DNA of 64,000 bases from Clostridiales bacterium (GCA_003524095.1 DOEE01000003.1:732662-796661), one strand, 5' to 3'; positions 37,020 to 47,526 are shown, counted from the stretch's first letter. A program made the numbers and translations. Notes: generated by a model not told the origin, from the sequence alone.

Positions 37020-38322
37020 GTGCGAGTTCCTTTATGATTTTTTCAAATTGCTCGCCCCTTTTTGCATAACTTTCAAATTCATCAAAACTTGCACAAGACG
37101 GAGAAAGCAAGACCGTATCGTTTTTGCTAGCAAGTCCGTAAGCAGTTTTAACTCCTTCATAAAAATTTTTGCAAACCAGAATATTTTCAAACCCACAATG
37201 TTTTGCCGACTTCAAAACTTTTTTTCTAGCACTTCCAAAAGCAACAACATGAGTTAGCTTGTCTGAATACTTCAAAAAAATCTCATCAAAATTCAAATTC
37301 TTGTCCGAACCGCCAAGCATAAGTATAGTATTTTTGTTGGATACACTCAAAGCATTAAGGGTACTATGGACATTTGTACTTTTGCTATCGTCTATGTATT
37401 TAACACCATTCTTTTCCAAAACCAAACTCATTCTGTGTGGACTGAGTTCAAAACTTTTAATCGATTCAATAATTTTGTCTGGTTCAATTTTTAGCAGTAC
37501 TCCAACAACAATACTCGCAAGCACATCTTCAATGACAGATTTTAGATTTTCAATATCACTAAGTTTTAGTATCTCGTATCTTTTGCTAGACATATTAACA
37601 ATAATGCTATCCCCACTAAGATAAACACCCTTGACCTTTTTAAACTTGGAAAAATAATAAATCTTAGCCTTAACATTTTGTGTTCTTTTCATTAGTAGCT
37701 CGTCATCGGCATTAAGAACAATGAGAGATTTTTCTGTTGAATTTTTGATAAGCCCCAATTTACATCTTATGTAGTTTTCAAAAGTTTTGTGTCTATCCAA
37801 ATGGTCTTCGGCAATATTTAGAATAACTGAGATGTAAGGACTAAAAGAATATGTACTTTCAAGTTGAAAAGAACTCACTTCACAAACAAGATAATCCAGT
37901 GTCAAGCCATACGCTTCGCAAAGTGGTGTGCCGATATTTCCATAAGCCGAACTAGAAAAACTAGTAGAAACAATTTTTTGAGTAAGACTAGTTGTCGTGG
38001 TTTTTCCGTTAGTTCCAGTGATTGCAATAACGGGACTCGAAGTAAACCAGTATCCAAACTCCATTTCTCCCACAACTTTTATACCAGATTTTTCTGCAAA
38101 AGAAACATATTTATTGAATATGCTAATGGCTGGAGATATAACAATCAAATCAAATTCCAAAATTTTTTTCTTGCTGAGTTTATTTAAATATCCCCCGCCA
38201 TTAATCCTATGGGATTTGTCATAAATCTGATATTCAACATGGATATGTTTGAGTATTTCTTCGACGGCTAGTCCACTTTTTGCATAACCCATAATCAAAA
38301 CTTTTTTGTAATCAAAATTCAT
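37006..38322 (-). CDS. murD: UDP-N-acetylmuramoylalanine--D-glutamate ligase
   Basis: 438-aa Mur ligase (GTNGKTTT) positioned between mraY and ftsW. Confidence 0.9.
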   Translation of the reverse strand: MNFDYKKVLIMGYAKSGLAVEEILKHIHVEYQIYDKSHRINGGGYLNKLSKKKILEFDLIVISPAISIFNKYVSFAEKSGIKVVGEMEFGYWFTSSPVIAITGTNGKTTTTSLTQKIVSTSFSSSAYGNIGTPLCEAYGLTLDYLVCEVSSFQLESTYSFSPYISVILNIAEDHLDRHKTFENYIRCKLGLIKNSTEKSLIVLNADDELLMKRTQNVKAKIYYFSKFKKVKGVYLSGDSIIVNMSSKRYEILKLSDIENLKSVIEDVLASIVVGVLLKIEPDKIIESIKSFELSPHRMSLVLEKNGVKYIDDSKSTNVHSTLNALSVSNKNTILMLGGSDKNLNFDEIFLKYSDKLTHVVAFGSARKKVLKSAKHCGFENILVCKNFYEGVKTAYGLASKNDTVLLSPSCASFDEFESYAKRGEQFEKIIKELAHAKN

Positions 38323-38331
38323 AAATTCCCC

Positions 38332-39312
38332 CTATAAATATATACTTATTGTCAGAATTGACACAACTATTGTCACTATTATATATATTGCGACAACTTT
38401 CGTTTCATGAGTAGTTTGTTCAAAATGATGATGCAAAGGAGACATTTTGAATATTCTTTTGTGTGTTAGTTTAAAGTATGTTACTTGCAATATAACACTA
38501 AGTGTGGTTAACACAAACATAATTCCAATTATGATTATCAAAAAGTAATTACGTGTAAGAATAGTCATGCTTGCAATCAGTCCGCCAAGTGCGAGTGACC
38601 CCGTATCCCCCATAAATACTTTGGCAGGATAACAGTTATAACACAAAAATCCAAGCACGCTTCCAGCAACCCCCAAAGACACTTTAACAACATTTGCGTG
38701 TTCAATCGCAATAACACCTTCTATCGAACTTGAAATTATTGTAATAAGTATTGACATCGCAACAATAACAACAGCCGAAACCCCACCGCAAAGTCCATCT
38801 AGCCCATCTATTAAATTGACCGAATTGACAACAGCCAAATAAATAAAAATTACAAACGGAATTATCCAAAAACCCAAATCTATAGTCTTTGAACTAAATG
38901 GAATATTACAAGTAGTTCCTACAAGTTGAGAGTTATATATAAACACCGCAAGGATTATCGATATTCCCAATTGTCCGATAATTTTTTGATAAGGCTTAAG
39001 CCCTTCGTTTTGTTTAAACTTAATTTTGATAAAATCATCCAAAAATCCAAGTATTCCAAAAAACAAAAAACTAAACATAACAGTTGTTGCCAAAATATTG
39101 TTTTTTTGAAAAAACACAAAATATCCAACAAACGAAGACAACAAAAATATTATCCCACCCATTGTCGCCGTTCCACTTTTTTGCTTGTGCTTTTCTACAT
39201 ATATAAGTATGCTTTGACCAAATTTAAGTTTGTGTAAAAATTTGATAATCATAGGTGAAATAATTAACGCAACAACAAAGCAAAGCACAAGATTAATTAG
39301 TCCTAATTTCAT
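38332..39312 (-). CDS. mraY: phospho-N-acetylmuramoyl-pentapeptide transferase
   Basis: 326-aa polytopic ORF with MraY motifs (GTATMGG, NLIDGLDGL, MGDTGSLALGG, PLHHHFE). Confidence 0.95.
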   Translation of the reverse strand: MKLGLINLVLCFVVALIISPMIIKFLHKLKFGQSILIYVEKHKQKSGTATMGGIIFLLSSFVGYFVFFQKNNILATTVMFSFLFFGILGFLDDFIKIKFKQNEGLKPYQKIIGQLGISIILAVFIYNSQLVGTTCNIPFSSKTIDLGFWIIPFVIFIYLAVVNSVNLIDGLDGLCGGVSAVVIVAMSILITIISSSIEGVIAIEHANVVKVSLGVAGSVLGFLCYNCYPAKVFMGDTGSLALGGLIASMTILTRNYFLIIIIGIMFVLTTLSVILQVTYFKLTHKRIFKMSPLHHHFEQTTHETKVVAIYIIVTIVVSILTISIYL

Positions 39313-39322
39313 AATTTTATCC

Positions 39323-40759
39323 TTAATCTTTTTTATTTAACAATTCTTTGACAACGTCCAAGTCTGAATACTCACATCTTTTTCCATTAATCTTTTGAAA
39401 ATCTTCAGCACCTTTTCCCAAAACACAAAGAACATCGCCACAATTAAGCATTGATAGTGCTTTTTTGATAGCAGTTTTTCTATCTTCAATTTGAGTACAC
39501 TCTTTGGTTATTTCAATCTTAATGTCTTTGCAAATATCTTCAAAGTTTACAAAATCTCTATTATCCGTCGTTAGAATTATTGAGTCCGAATATTTGTTTG
39601 CAATCAAACCCATATCCATTCTTTTTTGTTTGTCGCTATATCCCACACATCCAAAAATCACATAGAGTTTTCCCAAAACAAATGGACGCAAAAATGATAG
39701 TGTTTTTTCAAAACTATCTGGAGTATGTGCAAAATCCACAATAACAGTTTTGTCGTCTTTTTCAAAAACATTAAGTCTCCCAGGAATTTGAGACATAGAA
39801 TTTACACTCGACAAAATATCTTTTGCATCAACTCCCAACATTTTTGCAACAGTCATTCCAGCAAGTAAATTATATACATTAAAGTCTCCAATCAAACTCG
39901 TATCCACCAACATAATATCGTCTAATATATTTGCAGTAAACTTGAGTTTTTGAAGTCCAGATTGTATATCAATTGCAAAACTATTTGCAGGCGACTTCAC
40001 TCCATAACTTATACAAGGAACGTTTGTTTTGTAGGCAAGTTCACGACCATAAAAGTCATCAATATTAATTACACATTCCCGCATGTTTTGTTTATCAAAA
40101 AAGTCCATTTTGCATCGAACATACTTTTCCATACTATCAAAAAAATCAAGATGTTCTTGAGTAATGTTTGTAAATACACATATGTCAAATTTGATTCCAT
40201 ATAATTTTTTCAAACTAATCGCCTGGGCGGATACTTCCATAACAATAGTCTTAACACCAAGCGATTTCATTTGATAAAAAATATAATGCAAGTCAATTGG
40301 GTCGGGAGTTGTAAATTTATTGCTAATTTTGATATTGCCAATAAATATACCGTTTGTGCCAATAATACCTATGTTATTGTCAATTTTTGACAAAATATTA
40401 CCAATTATGAGAGAAGTTGTAGTCTTGCCGGATGTGCCCACTATCCCTACAAGTTTAAGACTATCCACACACCTATTATAAAAATTCTTTGCAATTATAC
40501 TCATGGTCTTTCGAATATCTTTGACAACCACAACTGTAACACCACAAGACACATCGGTCTCAGTTATAATACATTTTGCGCCTTTTGAAATAGCATCGTC
40601 TATATAATCATTCCCGTCAAAGTTTGCACCTTTGATACATATAAACATGCCACCACCAATAACATCATTTGATATATGTGTAATTGACTTAATGTTATAG
40701 TTTTTAAAATTTTTTGTACTTATAATTTCAACATCTTTAAGGATTTTTTTTAGTCTCAT
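39323..40759 (-). CDS. murE: UDP-N-acetylmuramoyl-tripeptide synthetase
   Basis: 478-aa Mur ligase (GTSGKTTT) positioned between the PBP gene and mraY. Confidence 0.9.
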   Translation of the reverse strand: MRLKKILKDVEIISTKNFKNYNIKSITHISNDVIGGGMFICIKGANFDGNDYIDDAISKGAKCIITETDVSCGVTVVVVKDIRKTMSIIAKNFYNRCVDSLKLVGIVGTSGKTTTSLIIGNILSKIDNNIGIIGTNGIFIGNIKISNKFTTPDPIDLHYIFYQMKSLGVKTIVMEVSAQAISLKKLYGIKFDICVFTNITQEHLDFFDSMEKYVRCKMDFFDKQNMRECVINIDDFYGRELAYKTNVPCISYGVKSPANSFAIDIQSGLQKLKFTANILDDIMLVDTSLIGDFNVYNLLAGMTVAKMLGVDAKDILSSVNSMSQIPGRLNVFEKDDKTVIVDFAHTPDSFEKTLSFLRPFVLGKLYVIFGCVGYSDKQKRMDMGLIANKYSDSIILTTDNRDFVNFEDICKDIKIEITKECTQIEDRKTAIKKALSMLNCGDVLCVLGKGAEDFQKINGKRCEYSDLDVVKELLNKKD

Positions 40760-40905
40760 TTATATCTCCAAAATCGCCAGTTAATTTACAAATACATTAT
40801 ATAATTTTTGCTTTCAAAAAACTTCGCATCATCAATTATTCGACACAAAAAAATTAAAGCACTTTGACACAATGCGACAAATTGCTTTAACTTAATATAT
40901 ATTTA

Positions 40906-42816
40906 TTAATTAAAATCTATCATAACAATACTCTTCTTAGATAGTTCCGTATCTGGCGCCGGAAATTGACTTCGAATAATTTCACCTTCGTTTTGAATTT
41001 CAACTTGAAGTCCTAAGTCTTCAAGAGTATTGATTGCGCTATTTACATCCATACCCACCACATTAGGCATTTTAACTTTGTCGTTTACTTGGGCTATATC
41101 TTTTATTAAATCCGCGCTTGGCTTGTAATCTTTGTAAGTTATGATATTTTCTATAATCTTTTTTGCATATGGTGTTGCTACAATGCTTCCATAATAACTT
41201 GCACCACCCGGTTCGTCTACAACAATCAAAACTACGTAGTCGGGTCTGTCCGCTGGAAATGTTCCAACAAACGATGCTATATATTCGCCACTAAGCCTAT
41301 TTCCATCATACTTTTGACTTGTTCCTGTTTTGCCACCAACATGGTATCCGGGAATAAAAGCATAATATCCACTATATTGCTTGATTACGTCTTCCATCAT
41401 CGTTCGCATTATTTCACTAGTCTTAGGTGATATGGTGTTTTTGAGAACTGTTGGATTTGTGCTTGAAATTATTTGGTCATTTGCATCAGTTATCTTGTTT
41501 ACAAAATATGGTTTATATAGTTTTCCGCCATTAACAATACTGCAAATAGATGTAATCAACTGCAAAGGCGTAGTTGCAATCGCTTGACCAAATCCCATTC
41601 TAGCAACATCGACAATTTTGGCGCTATCATAATTCATTACAATTCCGCCACTTTCTCCAAGGAAATCTACCCCCAATGGCGAGCCAAGTCCGAACTTTTC
41701 AAACATTTCATACATTTTGTCTTTTCCAAGCCTTAGCGACAAGTCCACAAACACCGCATTACAACTATTACACAGTCCTTGGCTCAAAGTCTGATGCCCG
41801 TGTCCTGTGAGTTTCCAACACTTGATTTTTTCGCCATCAACAATTCGATATCCGGGGTCATAAAAAGTATCACTAAGATGAGCCACTCCCACATCAATTG
41901 AATTAGCCATAGTCAAACACTTAAACGTCGACCCGGGTTCATACACATCTACAATGTTTATGTTTTTAGCAGTTTCCATAAGATTAGTTACATTATCTCT
42001 TGGCACATTATTTAAATCAAAATTAGGATATGTTGCCATCGAGACAATTGCACCGGTATTTGGATTCATAACAATGGCACTTGCTTTTTTTGGCTTTTGT
42101 TCTTCTACTAGCAAACTCAAAGCATCTTCGGTAAATTTTTGAATGTTAATATCTATAGTGAGTTCTAGATTCAAACCGGGAATACTAGGAATGTATGTAC
42201 TAAGAGTATTGTCAATTTTGACACCCTTAACATCACTTTCTTCTAAGATATAACCCTTGACACCCGTCAAATATTTGTTATAATACGCCTCAAGTCCCGC
42301 CTGTCCGACATTATCTATAGTTGTAAACCCTAGTACTTGAGTTAGTGCGGATTTATACGGATAATATCGACTATTATTTTCACTAAACAGAATTCCACTC
42401 AAATTATTTTCTTTGATTTTGTTTGCAACACTCTTTTCTACTTGTAATTTAATTAAACTCTCAGATACAAATCTATCTGTAACTTTTTTGAAAGTTTCAT
42501 CAAAATCCAATCCCAACTCACTACAAAGCGCATACGTTACAGCCTTTGGGTCTTTTACCATAGACGGTCTCACATAAATATCATAAGTCGAATAGTTTGT
42601 GGCCAGTACAGCGCCATTGACATCATAAATCTTGCCACGTTCCGAATTAAGAGGGAGTTCTCTTTGCCATTGCTCAATTGCTTTTGACTGAAGCCACTTG
42701 CCTTTGGCTAGTTGAACATATGCCAGTCTTACAATTACAAGCAAAAAAACAAAAGACACTAGCAAAAATACTGCTAGTAATCTTTTTGAAAGAGAAAATA
42801 TTGAATTATTTTGCAT
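40906..42816 (-). CDS. class B penicillin-binding protein (FtsI/SpoVD-like) with one C-terminal PASTA domain
   Basis: 636-aa ORF with an N-terminal TM segment, the transpeptidase motifs STFK, SCN and KTGTS, and a terminal PASTA-like segment (MPNVVGMDVNSAINTLEDLGLQVEI). Confidence 0.9.
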   Translation of the reverse strand: MQNNSIFSLSKRLLAVFLLVSFVFLLVIVRLAYVQLAKGKWLQSKAIEQWQRELPLNSERGKIYDVNGAVLATNYSTYDIYVRPSMVKDPKAVTYALCSELGLDFDETFKKVTDRFVSESLIKLQVEKSVANKIKENNLSGILFSENNSRYYPYKSALTQVLGFTTIDNVGQAGLEAYYNKYLTGVKGYILEESDVKGVKIDNTLSTYIPSIPGLNLELTIDINIQKFTEDALSLLVEEQKPKKASAIVMNPNTGAIVSMATYPNFDLNNVPRDNVTNLMETAKNINIVDVYEPGSTFKCLTMANSIDVGVAHLSDTFYDPGYRIVDGEKIKCWKLTGHGHQTLSQGLCNSCNAVFVDLSLRLGKDKMYEMFEKFGLGSPLGVDFLGESGGIVMNYDSAKIVDVARMGFGQAIATTPLQLITSICSIVNGGKLYKPYFVNKITDANDQIISSTNPTVLKNTISPKTSEIMRTMMEDVIKQYSGYYAFIPGYHVGGKTGTSQKYDGNRLSGEYIASFVGTFPADRPDYVVLIVVDEPGGASYYGSIVATPYAKKIIENIITYKDYKPSADLIKDIAQVNDKVKMPNVVGMDVNSAINTLEDLGLQVEIQNEGEIIRSQFPAPDTELSKKSIVMIDFN

Positions 42817-42822
42817 TATTAC

Positions 42823-43410
42823 CTACCCGAATATTCGGCTCAAAAAATTACAGAATTCATCAAACCAATTAGTTTGACCTTGCAATTCGGATACTTCCAC
42901 TTTGTTTGGAACATCCACAGCCACAACGTTTGAAGAAGGAATTTGCGAATATTCCATGTTACCAAGTTCATTTTTGATATTATCAGTACTTGTAAGTCTT
43001 TCGTACAAGCCTTGTGCATTAGTCAAGTCATATTCGGCAGTCGCCACTTCTTCTTGTAAATAACTTATGTTATTTGACATGCCGTTTATGACAAAAATAT
43101 TATACACACAAAGGAAAGCAAGAAGCAAAGTTACAATGAGAACTGTTGACATAGCAAGTGCTACTCTAAATGGCACTTTGCTACTTACAGCATTAACTTT
43201 GACTTGAGTAAACTCTTTAATTTTGTTTTCATCAAGAGTAATCTTGTCAAATTCATTATATAATTCTTGCAATTTTTCGTTTGTAGAATATGAGTTGTCA
43301 AACTTGCTTACTTGATTTTCAACAGTAGAATTAGTTTCAAAGTCTTCTTTAACTGTTTCGCTTGCAATGTTTTCTCCGTTAAATAATGCTGATTTTCCAA
43401 AAGCACTCAT
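42823..43410 (-). CDS. FtsL-position bitopic coiled-coil membrane protein
   Basis: 195-aa ORF with a central TM segment followed by a coiled-coil-like segment, located between rsmH and the PBP gene. The call is positional only. Confidence 0.45.
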   Translation of the reverse strand: MSAFGKSALFNGENIASETVKEDFETNSTVENQVSKFDNSYSTNEKLQELYNEFDKITLDENKIKEFTQVKVNAVSSKVPFRVALAMSTVLIVTLLLAFLCVYNIFVINGMSNNISYLQEEVATAEYDLTNAQGLYERLTSTDNIKNELGNMEYSQIPSSNVVAVDVPNKVEVSELQGQTNWFDEFCNFLSRIFG

Positions 43411-43431
43411 AACTTATCCCCCTTTGTTTCT

Positions 43432-44379
43432 TTATTTTTTCTGAATTATTCGTAGTTTTGCGCTACTGCTTCGACTATTATTTTCGAGTTCTTCTTTGCC
43501 CGCTTCGATTGGTTTTTTGTTAACAAGTATTGCATCAGAATGATGATTGCATACACAAAATGGCAAAGTTTTGTCACAGATACAATCTGTCGACCTAAGT
43601 TTAAATACGTTTTTGACAATTCTATCTTCTAGCGAATGGAATGTGATTATCGCTAGTCTTCCCGACGGACTGAGAATATCTATCATCTTATTAATAGCAT
43701 CTTCAAGTCCAACGAGTTCCTGATTAACTTCTATCCTTATTGCCTGAAAGGTCTTTTTGGCAACACTGCCACGCCCCCAAAATTTCTTTGGAATCGCCGA
43801 CTCAATCAAACTTACTAATTCACCAGTTGTCTCTATCACCTTAATCTCTCTTGCTTCCAAAATTTTGGCAACAATTGATTTAGCAAAACTTTCTTCCCCA
43901 TAATTATATAGTATTCTAAGCAATTCTTCCTTAGGATAAGTATTTACAACCTTGTAAGCATCCAAATCTGCGGATTTGTCCATTCGCATATCAAGTCTAC
44001 TATCAAACCTATACGAAAATCCACGTTCGGCTGTGTCAAGTTGATAACTACTTACTCCCAAATCAAGCAAAATTCCGTCAACACTTTCAATCCCGATTTC
44101 TTTGAGGTCGCCAGCCATGTTTTTGAAGTCATCTTTGATATAAGTAACCATATTTTCGTACTTTTTTAACTTCTGACTTGTTGACTTCAAAGCATCTTCG
44201 TCTTTGTCAAAGGCAATAAGCCTTCCGGTGGTTAGTCTTTTGAGAATCTCGCCACTATGACCACCACCACCCAATGTTCCATCAACATATATTCCGTCGG
44301 GTTTGATATTAAGTGCCGACAAGCACTCGCTTAGCAATACTGGAGTGTGTTTAAAATTATTTACAAATGTTTCTTCCAT
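43432..44379 (-). CDS. rsmH: 16S rRNA (cytosine1402-N4)-methyltransferase RsmH/MraW
   Basis: The start is set at MEETFVNNFKHTPVLL with an AGGAG RBS; the track ORF runs 21 codons further upstream. Motifs include DGTLGGGGHS, DLGVSSYQLD and FHSLEDR. Confidence 0.9.
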   Translation of the reverse strand: MEETFVNNFKHTPVLLSECLSALNIKPDGIYVDGTLGGGGHSGEILKRLTTGRLIAFDKDEDALKSTSQKLKKYENMVTYIKDDFKNMAGDLKEIGIESVDGILLDLGVSSYQLDTAERGFSYRFDSRLDMRMDKSADLDAYKVVNTYPKEELLRILYNYGEESFAKSIVAKILEAREIKVIETTGELVSLIESAIPKKFWGRGSVAKKTFQAIRIEVNQELVGLEDAINKMIDILSPSGRLAIITFHSLEDRIVKNVFKLRSTDCICDKTLPFCVCNHHSDAILVNKKPIEAGKEELENNSRSSSAKLRIIQKK

Positions 44380-44599
44380 TACTAATTCACTCCTATTAAT
44401 TATACACATATTAACACACTCATAATTTCTATGTATAATCAATCATTTTTTTCAAAGAGTATGCAAGTAGTAAAGTTTTCAAAAAGCATATCATTTAACT
44501 CTTTACGCTTATAATTATACAATACTTATTCAAATTTTCAAAACAAAAAAATATACTTTTACAAAGATTATAAACACATTTTTGCATAAATAATCACAA

Positions 44600-44621
44600 G
44601 TTATCCACAATTGTGGATAAC
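44600..44621. promoter_or_regulatory. 22-bp perfect palindrome containing two convergent consensus DnaA boxes
   Basis: GTTATCCACAA/TTGTGGATAAC. TTATCCACA lies at 44601-44609 and its reverse complement at 44612-44620. A third box, TTATACACA, lies at 44711-44719. Confidence 0.5.
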
Positions 44622-44921
44622 TCAAAAATCGCATAAATTATTAAAATTCGGCTATTTTCGTAGATAATTGGTAATATTATCAAACATTTGTTTTATACAT
44701 GCATAAATATTTATACACAATTATATTTTTATAACCACCAATACATTATGTATATTTTTTATAAAAATTCATCTACAAAAACATACAAAATCACTCAAAT
44801 TTACATAAATTTTGCATATTTAAACAAAAAATACACACAAAGTCTCCATTTTTAAACACAGAGTTTCAAAATAAAGTATGTGTGTATTTCATTTTTAAAT
44901 AAACTAAATTATTTTCAAAGA

Positions 44922-45617
44922 TTACATTATTCTGATTAATTTGTTGCCCACCAAATCGCAAGACGTCAAAAAATATTTAATTCCATCTTTCTCAAATTGC
45001 ATTTTTTGTTTGTTGTCATCATTGTGTAAATGCCCATAGACGACAGTATCAACATTATAATTTTTGAATAGTTCAATCATTTCGTTATTTTCCATTCTGT
45101 AATTAAAAGGCGGAAAGTGTGTCATTACAACGATTTTATCCCCTTCTTCACACAAGGTCTTTGCAGTTTTCAAAGACAACTCCATTCTAATGAGTTCTCG
45201 TTTATAAATCTTCTCATCTAGTTCCGACTTGAAACCATTATCAAACGGAGTCCACCCACGTGAACCACAAATAACATAGTTTCCAAACTTGTATGCGTCA
45301 TTTTGTATGGCATAAGTATTGTTATGTAAATATTCTCTGAGTTCGCTAATTGAACTCCACCAATAATCGTGATTGCCTTTAAGTATAATTTTTGTGCCAT
45401 TTAGCCCACAAATCAAGTCCAAATCCGGCTTTGCACTTTCAAACTTCATCGCCCACGAAATATCTCCGGGAATCAAAACTATGTCATCATCACTTATTTT
45501 TTCTTGCCAATCGGCAAAAATTTTGTCAAGATAACCTTCCCATGTTGGCCCAAAAATATCCATAGGCTTTGGATTATTAATACTTAAATGCAAGTCACTA
45601 ATTGCAAAAATTCTCAT
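44922..45617 (-). CDS. calcineurin-like metallophosphoesterase
   Basis: 231-aa ORF with the motifs SDLH, GDISW, GNHDYW and GHLH. Confidence 0.75.
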   Translation of the reverse strand: MRIFAISDLHLSINNPKPMDIFGPTWEGYLDKIFADWQEKISDDDIVLIPGDISWAMKFESAKPDLDLICGLNGTKIILKGNHDYWWSSISELREYLHNNTYAIQNDAYKFGNYVICGSRGWTPFDNGFKSELDEKIYKRELIRMELSLKTAKTLCEEGDKIVVMTHFPPFNYRMENNEMIELFKNYNVDTVVYGHLHNDDNKQKMQFEKDGIKYFLTSCDLVGNKLIRIM

Positions 45618-45676
45618 ACAATCTCCTATTTTTAGTATATCAAAACAATTACAATTTTACAAGTGAATATTAATAA

Positions 45677-45710
45677 CAAAAAAAATCCCCGCCAAATCAT
45701 TTTGGCAGGG
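45677..45710 (-). terminator. rho-independent terminator
   Basis: Minus-strand CCCUGCCAAA / UUUGGCGGGG stem followed by U8. Confidence 0.75.
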
Positions 45711-45717
45711 ACAAATA

Positions 45718-46389
45718 TTAGTTTACGTTAATCTGAGTTGGCGGGTTAACTGGTTGTTGTGCTGGATACAATGGCAAATCAAAATAACCACTACAAACGT
45801 CTTGAGTATAGTCTTGGCAAGGTGGAATTTGACAATATCCATATGTAGGAACGAGAAGTTCGGCATCAACAACAACACGGATAATAATTGTCATACAAGG
45901 ATCAATTGAGAAAGTTGAACTTTCAACAAATCTACCGCCCGAGCAAATTGCATTTGCAAACGCTGTTACTTGATAAGGTATAATAGATGGTTGTGGCACA
46001 TACAAAACAACATCAATAGGAATTGTAACAATTCCTGTTCCGCTACCTGCTACATTATTGTTATCTGTATAATTAACAGTAATTGGAACACTAACACTGC
46101 CAGAAACTCTAGCAAAGCATGGTTTGTCTTCAAACCTATCTACCACTAAGTTTGTAATAGTGACATCGTTTGTTTGAGTCTGACAACTAACAAAAGTAAG
46201 TGGAGCGGTCGGACTTTGCGGTTGTTGATTGGTCAAAGTCACCGAAGTTCCATCCATTTGAACTTGTTTCATACAAGCATCAAAAACCTTTCTTGTTTGA
46301 ATACAAGCTTTTTCACAAAGCCCTTGCAATGGATTGCCTGTTATTGGGCCGGGATTACAACCTTGTCTATTTCCGGAAAAAAATGACAT
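45718..46389 (-). CDS. orphan Cys-, Pro-, Gln-, Thr- and Val-rich protein of unknown function
   Basis: 223-aa ORF with a strong RBS (AAGGAGGT) and its own terminator. I see no signal peptide or TM segment. It is visibly richer in GC than its neighbours. Confidence 0.55.
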   Translation of the reverse strand: MSFFSGNRQGCNPGPITGNPLQGLCEKACIQTRKVFDACMKQVQMDGTSVTLTNQQPQSPTAPLTFVSCQTQTNDVTITNLVVDRFEDKPCFARVSGSVSVPITVNYTDNNNVAGSGTGIVTIPIDVVLYVPQPSIIPYQVTAFANAICSGGRFVESSTFSIDPCMTIIIRVVVDAELLVPTYGYCQIPPCQDYTQDVCSGYFDLPLYPAQQPVNPPTQINVN

Positions 46390-46589
46390 AATTTACCTCC
46401 TTAAAGATTGTATGGTAAATTATATGTAATCAGCCAAAATTTTGTGCATAAAAAAGGAAGAAATCAAAAAATTCCTTCCTACTTAGTACCTTTTTTGGTA
46501 GTACTTATTTTAATCTTTAACTATTAATTTTTTATTATATATCACAAATTTAATTAAAAGCACTATCTAATTTAAAAGATTGCAATCAA

Positions 46590-47483
46590 TTAAGCATTTG
46601 TTTGGCTTTCAGCAAAAACATTAGCAACAGCTACTTTTTCAAGCATTACGTTTTTGTCCACAACACCTTTTTCAAATTTGAAATTCATTGGATAAGTATT
46701 AGATTCCTTGTTACCGCCCACTTTGTCAAAAGATGAAGACAAACTTTCAATTCTTACGAATTCAGCATTCTCAGTTAATTCAATTTCGAAATGTGTTTTT
46801 AAAATAGTATCATTAGCGGTATCCATTACACTAATAGCATAAATTAAATAATTTCCATTTTCCAAAGCATCAACTTTGCAAAGATTATCTTCTGTAATTC
46901 CATATTTCTTTGTTACATCAAATAGACTTGCAAATTGTCCAGGCATTGAATATCCAAGTTCATATTCTTTTTCTATTAGTTCAGGCTGAGAATTTGCAAC
47001 TGGCAAATTATGATTATCAAATTTTGCACTCTTATATGTTCTCATATAATCTTTTTGGGTGTCGCCTTCTTGTTTTGTATAATTGTATTCTAGTGTATAA
47101 TTTTCTCCCCATTCAGTAGATTTTGACAATACTGCATAGTGAGTACTATCAAACATAACAATATCCATTACTTGCTCATCATATTCACCACCCACACTAC
47201 CTGATACAGTTATACGAATATTCTCCATAATATTATCCATTTGTAGTTGAGTTCTAACTTCGGCAAGTTTCAACAAATCATATGCTTCAGATTTGTCTAA
47301 TTTTTTGTTTTGCTTGTTAAGCAAATCCATTGTGTCCTTCATAAATTTATCTGAGTTGTCTACTACTGTAATAATTTTGTCCATTTGTGCTTGGCTTAGA
47401 TTAATGTCAGCACAGCCCGCCAAAGTTACTGCACCGACCCCACATAATGCTACCGCTGAGAGTATTTTTGTTAATTTTTTCAT
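46590..47483 (-). CDS. hypothetical lipoprotein
   Basis: 297-aa ORF with a signal peptide and lipobox (AVTLAGCAD) and an AAAGGAGA RBS. Confidence 0.7.
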   Translation of the reverse strand: MKKLTKILSAVALCGVGAVTLAGCADINLSQAQMDKIITVVDNSDKFMKDTMDLLNKQNKKLDKSEAYDLLKLAEVRTQLQMDNIMENIRITVSGSVGGEYDEQVMDIVMFDSTHYAVLSKSTEWGENYTLEYNYTKQEGDTQKDYMRTYKSAKFDNHNLPVANSQPELIEKEYELGYSMPGQFASLFDVTKKYGITEDNLCKVDALENGNYLIYAISVMDTANDTILKTHFEIELTENAEFVRIESLSSSFDKVGGNKESNTYPMNFKFEKGVVDKNVMLEKVAVANVFAESQTNA

Positions 47484-47526
47484 TTGTTCTCCTTTCTATT
47501 TTCAAAACATATTATTCATTATCCTT

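Noticed and set aside
42816-42825. The FtsL-like ORF and the PBP ORF lie in the same frame, separated only by TAG GTA ATA ATG. I considered a read-through fusion.
   Set aside because: The PBP has its own ATG and an N-terminal TM anchor at the normal position, and TAG functions as a stop elsewhere in the window. The shared frame is most likely coincidental.
44443-44921. The AT-rich DnaA-box region as the chromosomal origin oriC.
   Set aside because: There is no dnaA, dnaN or rpmH nearby and no switch of gene orientation across it; genes on both sides run on the minus strand. Only three good boxes are present.
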